Shown here: positions 50,749 through 63,439 of the stretch, one piece after another
Position numbering within the stretch: the first letter of the stretch is position 1
How the letters are laid out: each line of letters starts with the position of its first letter
DNA from: Callorhinchus milii
Lineage: Eukaryota
Length of the DNA stretch: 64,000 nt
Direction of reading: 5' to 3'
Assembly: GCF_018977255.1 (NCBI RefSeq)
Contig: NW_024704743.1
Span: 94,614,001-94,678,000, forward strand
Position numbers and translations under genes: made by a program
The notes under the pieces: generated by a model
The model's input: the letters and a program-made list of their open reading frames with translations, nothing else
What the model was told of the DNA's origin: nothing
Databases searched by the model: none

Positions 50749-51049
50749 ACAAAATTACATCTAGGATTTTTTTTCAATATGAAAACTTACAGAAGACCTG
50801 TTGTTGGATTCTGGCTGATGATATTTAGGCAACCTTAACCATAAGTCAGGTTTACATCTAGCAGGCAAAAAAATCCCCATAGTGCTCTTTAGCTCTCTTA
50901 AGTGCCTGTGGTTTATGCTACCAATTTGATGTGGTCTAATGTTTACGACTTATATGGATGTTTTTGGAAGTTATAAAACTCTTTCTCAGAGTTGATCCCA
51001 AACAAGCACTTTGTGGTCTGTGAACAAGATGTGCTGATCTCTCACTGTC

Positions 51050-51648
51050 AACAACAACAACAAAATTACATTTGTATGGCTCCTTTCACGTCGTGAGGAT
51101 GTCCCAAGGCACTGGACAAACAGTGTTTCAGACCTGAGCTGGGGGTCGGGAAGGGTGGAAGGCAGTGGAGAAGGAGGGTGATCAAAGGCACGGTCGAAGA
51201 GGAGGGTCTTGAGATGGGTCTTGAAGGAGGCAAGAGAGGGGGCGAAGCGGAGGGACTGTGGGATGGAGTTTCAAAGAGTGGGGTCAGAGTGGCTGAAGGT
51301 CTGCCACTGATGGGGTGGGAGAGGTGGGGGATATGAAGCAGGCCGGAGCCCGCTAGGGCAAAGGTAGCGAGCAGTTTGGTAGAAGATTAGGAGGTCGCAG
51401 AGGTAGGGAAGAGAAAGGCCATGGAGGGCTTCAAAGGTAAGGATCAGGATCTTGGACTGTATCCTCTGTGTGATGGGAAGCCAGTGGAGGCGGGCGAAGA
51501 TTGGGGTGGTGCGGGAGAAGACATGGGCTGCAGAGTTCTGGATGATCTGCAGCCAATGGAGGGAAAGTTGGGGAGGCCGACAAGCAGGAAGTCTGGATGT
51601 TATGAATGCTTATACGAGGGTCTTGGCGGCCTGTGATGTGAGACAGGC
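51050..51648 (-). mobile_element. 5'-truncated L2
   Basis: (CAA)n, stem-loop tail, colinear with 2627-3361. Confidence 0.88.
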
Positions 51649-51914
51649 AACAGGCAGTCAATCTGGCCAGGAAACTCAGCTAAATGAATACCTTCCATTG
51701 TAATAGAGCATTTTACTGACTGGTGGTATTTGAGAGGTGAGAGCTTCCAAACAAATCTACATTTATGACAAAGTGGTTCTTCCAGGTCAGTTTTCAAACC
51801 CAATCAGTGTCACTTCATATAGTTTCTGATAACTCCGGAAGGACACTAATCATGTTAATGTGATTGCTTACCATAAAAGAACAATTTAACTTACTCTGTT
51901 TCATTCTCCTGGCT

Positions 51915-52395
51915 GGGGGAAGGTACGTAGGGTCTCGTGGAGCTGAGCTGGATCTCTGTGGAATGTTGCGATCAAGTTTAACCCTTTGTGGCAGTCTCAG
52001 TTGCCCATTTACTGAGCTGAGCAGGTCTTCAGGTCTCCAAGGCAGTGCTGATGACAGACTAGCCTACCTGGCTCATTAGCAGATAATGGAGGGGAAGACT
52101 TTGGGGGATTCTTCACACATGGCTTCTGTTATCCTTGCAAGCCAAAGCCCTAATAGGTATGTTGGAGCTAGCTGGATAAGCAGCAAGAATGTTTTTAGAC
52201 AGTGCTCTTGATGGAAAACTCTTTAGTTGGCTGAACTCCAGCAGCACTGCAACCCACATTCAGAGGTGGGTGTGCATTCCATTCCAGGTGCAAAAAAAAT
52301 TCAATTTGTATTTGTCTCAGACATATTTCCATCTCAGACTGGTTTGGATATTCTTAAGCATGGAGATGTGTTTTCCCCATGTGTCAGATAAGCTG
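51915..52395. repeat. Family X copy ending ~80 bp upstream of the exon acceptor
   Basis: Contains GTGCTGATGACAGAC, TGCAAGCCAAAGCCCTAA, GTGTGCATTCCATTCCA and GGTTTGGATATTCTTAAGCATGG. Confidence 0.7.
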
Positions 52396-52475
52396 CCCTC
52401 AAAAACCTTAGGGTGAAGTCATTGTTGTGAATAAGTCTTGAATTCCTATTCTTGTGTTATTTTTGTGTTTTGCAG

Positions 52476-52780
52476 AAGATTCATCTGTGGAGTGTTTCAA
52501 TGGAAATGAGGCCTTGGTGCTTAATTCTAACGTTGCAGAGGAGAGTCATTGTGGGGAGATGTATGAGAGCATGGCAGACATTAATGGTAATGGTACAGCG
52601 AATGCAGACCACTCTGCTAGCCAGGATGAGCAACCAATAAATCTGAGTGACAGTCCTCTGTCACTCCACGTGACACCAGACTACGGTACCGATAATAGCA
52701 GTAATGGAAGAAGGAGCCGCATCAAATACACAGTTACCGAGATTAAGATGGAGCGAGATTCAAGAGAATTGGGAAGCAAG
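52476..52780 (+). CDS. NOL4L: Next coding exon of the same gene (EDSSVECFNGNE...DEQPINLSDSPLS...RSRIKY...KMERDSRELGSK)
   Basis: T-rich tract and tgcAG acceptor at 52474-52475; donor AAG|GTAAGA at 52781. 305 nt, phase 1 in (G|AA = Glu when joined to the previous exon), phase 0 out. FNGNE, DEQPxNLSDSPLS and KMER..RE.GSK match recalled NOL4; NGNG, QPINL and RSRxKY match NOL4L. Confidence 0.9.
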
Positions 52781-54714
52781 GTAAGAAACTGTAAAATGCC
52801 AACATGATATTTTTCAAGAGTGTAAATTAAAAGTGGGCAAGGCTTAAATTAACCGTTTCACTGTGAAAGTGGGGGCAATAATAGCCATACATGTCAATCA
52901 AGGAGTGTAACCATGAAGAAAGCCCTATGAGAACAAGAATTACACTCCATAGTCCTGGTGAGGGATAAATGGTGGATGGGAGGTCAGGTTGTGCCGGGGT
53001 GAGGTGGGAGTGAGAAATACAACACAGCACCACAGGACAAATCTGGTATTTTTCCAGAGAGAGTTATAAATTTTGATCGTACAGTGCAATATGATGTACG
53101 ATCAAATAATCAAAAGCAGTCAAACTGCTGTTTCTGCATCTGATGAAAATATGAACAAATATGGGGAAGTTAACTCAGTGAGGAGAGCCTACTCCTCCTG
53201 TCCAGATTGAATCAACAAAAGAAAACTATTCAGGAAGATTTCAAAGTAACAAAACAGGTTTATATAGACCTCAAAAATTGTAACTATTATGACCACGATT
53301 CTTTGGCCAAAATGCATCCAATATAAAATGGGCTCTGAGTTTTGTAAAACGTATTGGAATCGAGGTGAGTTACAGACAAGGTATCTGTGCTGAATTTTTC
53401 AATTTAGGTTTCTCAGCACATCTCTTCGTCAAATATTTACCCCCATCAATATTGCCTGTGTCACTATTCAGCGAGCAGCAGATTTAGCTTTGCAGAATTA
53501 ACTGCCGTTGGTCACTGGAGAAAGAGTTAAAAATAACTTGGTGTGTAAATTCATTCAAGTGACTTGGACGTGAGAAGGAATAACTAATGACTGTGACATG
53601 TTTTTTGTGTCCATGTTAGATCCATGCTAAGCTTCAAAACCATGTGAAAGAGGCATTATTTTTCCTTAAACAGATGTATTTTGTGAGAGTACTATCATAA
53701 ATTCTGTACAGTAGAAATATAACATAGAAATATTATCCTGATCCCCACATAAAGTACATACAGCCCAGAATTCAGCGTGCAAAAAGCAATTTCATGAATT
53801 TAAATGTTTAAAGCTTATAATTTCTTGTTCAGATTTAATGTTATTCTCCGAGATTGATCATCCAGTGAAAATCTACCCATTTGGCAAGCAGGTGAATACT
53901 AATCCCCAGTGCAGTCCTACTTGCTGCGAATGCTGGTTAATTGTTAAAGTGGCCACAGTATGATACCAAGTACATTCTAACACCTGTGTTACATGATTGT
54001 GCTGCTTTGATAGTGGAATAGGTGACCTCCAAGGTGATTAAAGCCCTCTGACTTTACCTTGTGCTTTAATCAGTTCTCTGTCCCCTTTCCCAGCTGTAGA
54101 TCACCACAGCTGCGCACAGTTGCCATATTGAGGCTTGCCAATTGTTTACAGCGAACCATAATCCCCAGTAGAGCCTTACATTCTTAGCACACAATTTAAA
54201 TTTCAAAGTGCTTCTATTCGAGACTGTCTAACTAATGGCTCCAGTTTCTGATCAAGCCATTTTGAGCTTGGAATAGGGAAGCTGGAGCTTATTAAAGCAC
54301 TCGGCTATCACCTGATTAAAGCACTCCACTATTACCTGGTGCTCTAATTATCTCTCTCCGCTGGGTCCAACATTAAAATCAGCACAATTATATACAGTAG
54401 CTATGATTGAAACATGCCATTTGTTCTAAAGTTCCACTCTTTGAATAGGTTTCCTCTGTGAAGAAAATATATTGAATTACTTATCCTGCAGCGCCTTGAA
54501 TAAACCTTATCCATTGTTGAATTTTTATCAGAAAACCTATAAATGCAATGTCTGTTTCATTGAGTTTAATTTGATCCAATTTGCTCACAAGAAATTAAAT
54601 GGAATTTTGCACCATCACAGAAGTCTGCAATATACCAAGTGTAAACTAGAGAAAACCATTTGCAAACAATTGTATTATGCGCCATGTCTCAAGTTGATTA
54701 CGTAGTTTACACAT

Positions 54715-55074
54715 GGATTCCTGTAGGTCAGTGGTTAGTGGACTCGCCTTGTAAGCGAGAGAACTAGGTTTGATTCCCAGCAGGGCAAAACATTAGGCAA
54801 GTTTACTTACTCCATATGCCTCTGTTTACCTATCAGTAAGTAGGAACCCGGTTGTTAGTTGATTGGTGGATCGCATTTCCAGGGGTAATAATTCCTTAAA
54901 AAAAATTAGTCACTCAATCCATGACTTTTTATGGGACACTGCTGTACGCAATTGGCTGCTGCGTTTTGCCACAAAATATACGGTCAATTCACCTTACAGT
55001 GTATTCTGTGAAGCACTTTGAGAAGTCTCGAAGATGTGGTAAGGTGCTACATCAAATTCAAGGATTATTATTAT
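54715..55074 (+). mobile_element. Full-length tRNA-SINE, long subfamily
   Basis: Head, extra segment and TCGAA-loop tail. Confidence 0.88.
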
Positions 55075-55339
55075 AACACGGATGTATTTAGATATGATTT
55101 ATGCTTGGTGCATAAAATGAGAATACAAGATTATTTCTTATACTTAGCTATCATAAATGAAAGCTAAAGACTTTTTTGATATATGAACAAATATATTGTG
55201 GTCACTGAGTTATTAACAATCAGTGTACAATTAAATCTCTTGGTATATCAAAGAAAAGGGAATCCTTTATGTTACCGATTGTGTTTGATGTTATTTTGTG
55301 ATGATATTTTGCATCAATGTAAAATGAAAATACAATTTT

Positions 55340-55600
55340 ATTAAAGCAATGAGCCAGTAGAACAAAAGGACATAGGTTTAGAGTTGTAAAGAGCAATTTC
55401 AGGACAGATACCACAAGACTGTTCTTTAAGCAGAGGGTTATTAACAACTGGCACAGGTTACCAGCAAAGGTGGTAGAGGCCACTAGGACTCATTGAAAAA
55501 GCAGCTTGATGCAGTGATAGGGGCGTATGGAAAGGTGGGTGTTCTGGAGGGATGAGATTGAATGGGCTGAAGGGCCTTCTTCATCTAGACCGATCTTGTG
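55340..55600 (+). mobile_element. Old CR1 3' end; same family antisense at ~10305-10580 and ~59070-59470
   Basis: agaacaaaaggacataggtttagag..aatttcaggacagatacca..agagggttattaac motif is shared among the three. Confidence 0.7.
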
Positions 55601-55947
55601 AACCCCTACAGTTTGGGAGGAGGGAGAGAAGCAGAATGATAGAATGTTTACAGTAGAGAAGGAATCTGGCTTATTGTGTAGGTACTGGTCACTGATCTTT
55701 CCCCGATACCTCTTTTCTTCCTGTACTGTTCTTATTAATTTGTCTTTTAAATGCTGTTAGGGACTTGGCTTTGACAAATCATTCATAACTTTGAAAACCT
55801 TTATTAGATCTTGAACCTTATCCACCTCAGTCAAAACAGTCCCAACTTTTCAAGTCTCTCCACATACCTTTTCATCTCTCTTGTCATCTTGAGATATAAG
55901 CTTTCAATGCTGTTATGTTCTTTCTATCATGTGATCATCTATTAGAG

Positions 55948-56378
55948 CTGTCAGCTTGGCTCAGTTGATCAGAAGGTTGTGGGCTGAAGCCCCACATCGG
56001 GACATTGAACTCTTAGTCATTGACACTCCAATGCAATCCTGGGGGAGTGCTGCCTTGTTGGAGGTGCTGTCCGTGGACTGAGTTGTTAAACCAAGGTCCT
56101 GCCTGCCTGTTCAGGTGGACGTTAAAGATCTCATGGCAATGCTCAAAAAAAGGAAGAACTTTGTCCTGGCCAAAAATCCCCTATTCACTTCCTGGCTGTT
56201 TATGGGACATTACTGTAAGCAAATTTGATGTAACATTCGCCTACAAAATGCTCAGTCATTTCACTTTATAATAAATCCTATCAAGCACTTTGAGTTGACC
56301 CCCTGATGTGGGATACCTCAAAGCACTTTATATGATTTATTAAAAACGCTTTATCAAATGCGAGGATTATTATTATTT
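55948..56378 (+). mobile_element. Near full-length Deu-type tRNA SINE
   Basis: Head, Deu body (gttaaaccaaggtcc..caggtggacgttaaagatctcatggc) and L2-like tail. Confidence 0.78.
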
Positions 56379-56584
56379 TAAGCTATGGTGCTCTGCAACT
56401 GGGCAAAATATTGCAACTCTGCCCTGTGTACAATATCTTGTATATACTGTATTCATATTGCATCAATGATCTTGTATTCAATAACTGATATATAAAATAT
56501 TATTTTTTTTAGAGATTGTATTATTTCCATTCCCACCTTTAATTGCATCTGTACTCCTTGGTCCCACTGCTTTCTCCATTCAAT

Positions 56585-56724
56585 TAATAATCTAGCCATT
56601 TAAAGTATATCCTACTTCCTTTATCCAAAAAACACAAGTGTAGGTAGGTAAAATAATAATCTAGCCATTTAAAGTATATCTCCTACTTCCTTTATCCAAA
56701 AAACACAAGTGTAGGTAGGTAAAA
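56585..56724. repeat. Tandem duplication, 69 + 71 bp units
   Basis: Units 56585-56653 and 56654-56724 are identical except for a 2-bp indel. Confidence 0.95.
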
Positions 56725-57689
56725 GTCAAGAGATAGTGACCCCAAATGAACATTGGGAGGGAGGGAGGTACAGCTGGAAATGCACCAGATAAAAACACAC
56801 AACATACTAGGGAATGAGGGAATGATAAGCTTCCCAACTCTCATCCAGCTGGGGCCACTCTATCCCACCGAAAGTTCGATTGTGATGTTTTCATACTGAA
56901 CCATTAATAATATCAACACCAACTTGCATTTATATAGTGCCACTTATGCAGGTAATGTCCCAGATGTATTAAGCTTAATGTACTTTATATAAAACAGCAT
57001 GATCATTGTGTGATTTTAAAATTAGTCTCTTTACAAATGAACAATAATGAAGGCCCAGCCCCCTTCCATTGAGTCCCTACACATTACACCTCAGCAGGTG
57101 ACCTCTTCTCAACCTCTGCTGTTGCAGATCAGTGCTGAGGCTGGTCAGCTCTATAGTGTATTTCTTATTCCACAGATGATTGTTAGGGTGAATTTCAGCC
57201 GTACGTCTTGAGTTATTTCTTCAATTCCTGATGTCATTCAGTGGCATCATTTGTATAATAAGGAAGACCAATATAAATTTACAGTAACATTCACAGGCAC
57301 AGTCAATTAAAAACTTGAAGTCAAATTTGGAAAAGCCAATTATGATCCAAAAGTCAGAAGAACCTTCAAGTCTGTCTCGCATCTTTTCCAAGTGTACCGA
57401 TAAAGCATATCTGGAGGAAAAGTTAACCTTCTCAAATATTGCAGGTGTGATATGCTGTTTTTAATTAAAGTCACACGATGCAAAACTATTGTTATCAAAG
57501 GGCCTGTCACATACCATATGCACATCAGAAAAAAGTGTGATAAAACATATGATTAAAGTAATTAGCATTCATTGTTTCAAAATACTTTGTACTTATTTTT
57601 CCATTGGGCCTCGTCCTATTCTGTGGTGTTCATCTACAAAATGTAATTGTATCTCTAAGATAGCAACTGATGCACAATTCTTTTATACG

Positions 57690-57910
57690 AGAAAAGACTG
57701 GATAAGTAAGTGCTCTTCAGTCTTGAAAAGAGATATCTCAGAGTGTTCCCTATTGGGGTACTATATGAAGGTGCTGGTCTATCATCCGAGTATCCTGCAA
57801 CATTGCAGACCTTCCTGTCCCAGTAGACCAACCAATGAGACTAATGAAGAGGGTTGACTTGATTCTGATATTCCGTTGCTTAGTAGCTCATCTTGGAGCC
57901 AGTTCAGACC
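57690..57910. repeat. Family X fragment
   Basis: Contains GAGGGTTGACTTGATTCTGA..TTGGAGCCAGTTCAGA. Confidence 0.6.
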
Positions 57911-59943
57911 CCAACCCCTATCCACCCAAAGAAGATAGTCTTCAAAATGTCTTCAACACAAAAATTACGTGAAGAAGGGCGTGGAAGGAAGGAGCCTGGT
58001 CTTGCTATATTTGTCAGTACAATCTCTACCGCTCTCCACTTATGAAGCAAAAAGGTTTTGTGATTTTAGTGAAATGGATGTGCACCTATTCAGATACTCA
58101 TTTTATTGAGGCTTCCTAGGATATGTAGTGATTGTAGTAGGGTATATCAACTGGGTCATAGACCAAGAACCCAGAGAGGAAAGATCTTGATGTCACTGCC
58201 AGTTAAGTCACAATGCAGGCGAACTGCCAACTTGTGTTGTCTGTGCTGTAAGTATAAAGGGCTAAGACAGAAGCCGAGCTATGAAAAAAGATAGATAAAA
58301 TGATAAATGAAAAGGAATTTTGAACGCATGATGTGCTCTTATAAATAATTTCTTGAATTAATTTATAATTCAAATAGTCTTATTTCTGTTGTGTTAGGTT
58401 AAGATACTCAGCAGGGAACACTGAGGGGACTATTTTTTAAGTGCATTAAAAATTAAGTGTTCTTTATTTAGCCTTCTATAATTTCACATACCTCATTGTT
58501 TTGTCTAATATTACACTCATAGGGAGATGAAAATAATATGCTAGGTCTGATGCTTGACGGGATGAATTAATCCAAGGTTTGTAAGTATAAAGAGTGGTGT
58601 CTCGCTTGTGATGTTCTCAAGCCAGATTCAGTGCGGTAATTGGGGATTCCAATTGCGAATTTGAGATATTGGCAAAACGGCTAATTACGGTTTCCGAAGT
58701 GTGAGGAAAAGCCGGAGAGCAAAGTGGAGAAGAAAATTAACCAAGGCATTCCAATTAACTTTAAAATAAACTATTGATTGCTACTCAATGATCCTTGCTT
58801 GCAAGTTTGCAGCAGTGGATTTCGAGTGAGGTCAGGCTTAGTTGTGATGTTTCCCCTTGCCTTCCACTCCTCCCTCCCTCCCCTGTGATGATCCTGTGAA
58901 GCACTTGGGGATGTCCTGACGTGAAAGGCGCTATTTTCCAAATATAATTATTATTATTAATGGCAACACTCACTGACTTCCAGCAGGGGTCACTGGACAG
59001 CAATCAGCAGCAGAGAAAACCCCGGCTGATTTTTCTCTCCTTTAGTCACAAAATCATGGAGTTCAGAGGATGAAGGTCTTTTGACCCATTGAACCTCATT
59101 CCCAACTGTCCGTCCTTCATTACAGCAGTTGAGTTGTTTTTTAAATGAGTTAAACTTTTTGGTCTCAACTACCCTTCCTGGTAACCCAATCTACTGCTTA
59201 ATTATTCTCTGAGTAAAGAAATACTTCCTGGTGTTTTTCCTGAAATTGCCCTTGGCAACCAAAACCTTGTGCCCTCTTGTTCTGTTGTTTCAAAAGTCAC
59301 CAAAACTATTGTTCCGAATTTACTTTCTCAGTCCCATTTAGAATCTTATATATGTCTATAATAATAATCTGTGATATCTCTTTTCAGGATCGAAGATCCC
59401 TAGCTTGTCTATTCATTGCTCATAGCTCATTCCTCTACCTCTAGGGATAATCCTTGTTGCTCTCCTCTACACTTATCTATGACTTGAGCAGCCTATCCTT
59501 AGATGACCAGGTGATACTGAGGCTTTTATTGTTGCCTATCATCAGATCAGCTAATCCAACAGTACAATTCACATTTATATAGCACCTTTCGTGTTGGGAG
59601 GATATCCCAAAGTGCTTTGCACAGCTGTCTGGTCTGGGCATCTGAGGGGAACTAAGGAAGGTTGGGGGATGGGGACATAACAGGAGAGGAATCAGGGTTC
59701 TTACTGGTCTGTACACCTCACTGCACAGCATACAGTAGTTACTCATTGTTATTGTGTGTAGATGTGTTTTACATTTGATATAAGTCTTTCTCATTGGGAA
59801 GCACTTCACAAGATTTACTCTAATGTGTAGGGCCAATTTGCATACAGCGTTGCCCCACAAACCAGGAAGTGAATGATCAATTTTAGCTGGAGAATTATTT
59901 GTCAGGAAACCGGGAGAAATTTTCTCTTTCTGAAAAGTGCCAT

Positions 59944-59996
59944 TGGGACGTCCTCCCGACATGAAAGGCGCTATACAAATGTAATCTTGTTGTTGC
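59944..59996 (+). mobile_element. 53-bp L2 tail inserted in an antisense Deu-SINE (~59770-60090), 6-bp TSD
   Basis: TGCCAT at 59938-59943 and 59997-60002. Confidence 0.8.
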
Positions 59997-60296
59997 TGCC
60001 ATGGGCTCTTAACCTACCACCACAAATGAACACGGTTTAATGTCTCATGCAAAGCACACCACTTCTGACAGTACTGCAATGTAGAGTTAACCTAGACAGT
60101 GAATTGACTCTACATTGCAGTGTCCCAACATGGTTTTCACTGAATTATAAAGTATTTGGGCAAACTTGCTCTGGCACAATGATTTATACTCTATTTTGCA
60201 TTTGGATCAGAATTACCAAAGTAATAGCCCAGCGCACCACATAATAGTTTACTTTGTTGGAGTTTATTCTGACAACATTGTGAATTTAAAGTTTGT

Positions 60297-60596
60297 GGAG
60301 TCCTGTAGCGCAGTGGTTAGAGCACTCACTTTGCAAGCGGGATTCAATTCCCGGCAGGGTGAAACCTTGGGCAAGTTTTCTTACTCCACACGCCTGATAA
60401 TAATCCCTCAAAAAAAATCGTAAATTGATCATTTCAATCCACGACTGTTTGTGGAACACTGCTGCGCGCGATTGGCTGCCACATTTCGCTCACAAATATA
60501 GTCATTTCACTTTACAGCATATTCTGTGAAGCGCTTTGAGATGTCTAGAATACGTGAAAACCGCTATATCAAATGCAAGGATTATTATTATTATTA
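60297..60596 (+). mobile_element. Full-length tRNA-SINE with a small deletion in the head
   Basis: Matches 35835-36146. Confidence 0.9.
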
Positions 60597-62472
60597 AGGA
60601 TTTGTTTCTCTTTTTTGCATCATCCTATTTTACATCCAGTACATTTTGTAGCAGTTATATATCAGTAGTGACATGCATCTATCAAAACTACACAAAGGTC
60701 TTTTCAGGTCTAACAGGACAGATCAAAATTTGCAACAATATAAAGCATATTGCAGACTCACTGATAATAAATAGAGCTTATGACCAAAAAGAATGATAAT
60801 ACTGCTGGATAGTACTCCCATGGACACTTCCCCTTCGGCCTTGCTCAGTGTCCCTTTAAAGTGCTTCAAGATATTACTCTAAGTGTAGGGCTTTGTATAA
60901 ATGCAAATTGTTGCTATAGACAGAAGCCTATCTTGTAATCTTTAATCTCTTAAGAAATCAATGGGGAATTTTAATTGATTTTCAAAAATGGGTTTATGGA
61001 AGTACACTAATTAATTAACTTTTTGTCTGCCTGTGGGTGTACACATATTCCCTTCTGTAAGATCACCTATTCTACACATCTTAGTATGATGTCTTATTGA
61101 AGAAATCCATTAAAAATATTCCAACATTGTCATTTTTCTGCCAAGTTATTTAGAATATTATAATTGTATTAGTTTTACATATAACAGCACAGAAATAAGT
61201 TCATAAAATGAATAATAATAATCCTTGCATTTGTTATAGCACCTTATCATATCATCAAAAAGCTTTAAAATGCTTCACAGGATCTACTGTAGTGACTGTA
61301 TTCATAGGCGAATTGCATATAGCAATAGCTTATATCAAGTAAAATAGCATTTAGCTTACATCAAGTAATGTGCCACATGGAGTATACAGTGCAGAATAGG
61401 CTGCCAGGTTTTTATAGAAATTGTTCTTTCCACACAACTGGACTTTTTGTGAGCCAAACAGGTTGTGATTTTTTTAAAAATGGCCTTGCTCCTTTGTTTC
61501 TCAAGAGTTTGTTAAATTGGCTCCTTTTTTTTGTCAAGAATCAAATTTTTAAAAAACTGTTTCTGGCATTTACATATGTTTATTTGAAATTGTTAAGTAT
61601 TTATTTTATTTTATTCAGTGTGCGAATCAATGGCACTTGCATTTATAGAGTGACTTTCATGTCGGATGAATGTTTCAAATTGCTTCACAGAGGCAGTGGA
61701 GAGTGAGCAAGGGAAATTAGTACGAAGAGAATTGGTAAACTAACCTTGAGGTGACAAGGACACTATAATGTGAATGTCGCAAAATGCTTCAAAGCAAATT
61801 CCTGTCAAGTGTAATGACTATATTTGCAGGCAAATATAGCAGTAAATTGTGCACACTAAAGGCCCACAAATGGCTATGAATTGACTAACTTTTCTGGAGC
61901 ATTGTTGCCTAGAGCATTGGGAGAAACTCCCTTTGATTTTCAAATAGTGTCATAGAATCTTTAACATCCACCTGAACAAGCAAATGGGACCTCAGAGTTG
62001 TCTCGTCCAAAAGGCAGCACTTTGGATAAGGCATCAAAAATCTGATCCCTGTCTCAGTGTTGGAAGATAGAGATTTTGGTCAAGCACCATATGCAGAGTA
62101 TGAAGGGGAGCTAGGGATAATGAACAATGCCAAAGTGACATACTGGCTCAGTTAGCTGGAATGAGCAGCCAGGGAGATTGATGAGTCAAAGCTGGAGGCA
62201 AGAAAGCTCTAGCGAGAGACGAACAAGGTAGCATCAATTTTGCTGATGTTTAGGTAAAGAAACTTGAGTGTCATCCAGGATGTGACTGACAGGCAGTCAG
62301 TCAAACAACAATAGGCCTGGAAGCGGAAAGACAGGGCTGGGTATCATAATACTATTATTAATTGTTGCATTTGATATAGCACCTTACCACGTTGCTGAGA
62401 CGTCTCAAAACGCTTTACAAAATTTTCAGTAAAATGTAGTACTGTATTGTATCATCTTAGCCTATGTGATTC

Positions 62473-63425
62473 CAACAACAACAAATTTACATTTGTATAG
62501 CGTTTTCACATCGGGAGGACATGCCAGGGCGTTGGATAATCAGTGTTTCAGACCCGAGCTGATGAAGCAGAGTGGGTCATGGCACAGATGTGGGGTAGAA
62601 AGTACAGTTGAGGGTCGAGCAAGATGCCAAGGTTCTGGACTGGCTTAGTAAGGTGGAGTGTACAACCATGGATGGTGATGCTGTCAGCGCCTGAGGTGTG
62701 GAGGCACTGACGGGAGCCAATCAGGAGGAGCCTCGGTCTTGTTGACATACAATTGAAGAAAGTTAGCTTTCATCCAGGACTTGATGTCTGACAGCCATTC
62801 TGTCAGGACAACAGTGGTCCTGTAGTCAAGGGTGGAGGCAGAGAGGTACAGTTGGGTGTCATCCTGTAGTGGAGTCCTGTAGCTCAGTGGTTAGAGCACT
62901 TACTTTGCAAGCGAGAGACCTGGGTTTGATTCCCGGCAGGGTGAAACCTTGGGCAAATTTCCTTACTCCACACGCCTAATAATAATCCCTCAAAAAAAAA
63001 ACTGGTCATTTCAGTCCACAACTGTTTATGGGACACTGCTGTGCGCAATTGGCTGCCACATTTCGCCCAAAGATATACAGTCAGTTCACTTTACAGTCTA
63101 TTTGTGAAGCGCTTTGAGACGTCTAGAAGACGTGAAAAGCGCAATATCAAATGAAAGGATTATTATTATTATTATCCACATACATGTGGAAGTTGACCCT
63201 ATGTTGCGGATGATGCCACCAAGAGGGAGCATATACATATTGAAGATGAGGGGACCAAGGGCAGAGGCCTGAGGAAGGTGGTGTAGGGGCTAGAGGAGAA
63301 GCCGTTTGTGGAGATGAAATGGAGATGGTATGAGAGGTACGATCTGAACCATTCAAGGACAGAACCGTGAAGGTTGAGGTGAGAGGAGAGGCGGTGGATG
63401 AGGATAAAGTGGTCAACTCTATCGA
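62473..63425 (-). mobile_element. L2 with an internal deletion near 62560 and a nested SINE
   Basis: (CAA)n tail. RT sequence is colinear with 41680-42230 on both sides of the SINE. Confidence 0.88.
62871..63173 (+). mobile_element. Full-length tRNA-SINE nested in the L2 RT
   Basis: Complete head to (TTA)n tail, flanked by contiguous L2 sequence. Confidence 0.92.
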
Positions 63426-63439
63426 ACTCGAACTCTATC

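Larger units (their letters stand above)
11844..52475 (+). other. 40.6 kb phase-1 GT-AG intron between the two exons
   Basis: Phases are compatible and the joined peptide is colinear with recalled NOL4/NOL4L (..HQD|EDSS.. vs ..QQD|DDSA..). Confidence 0.82.
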
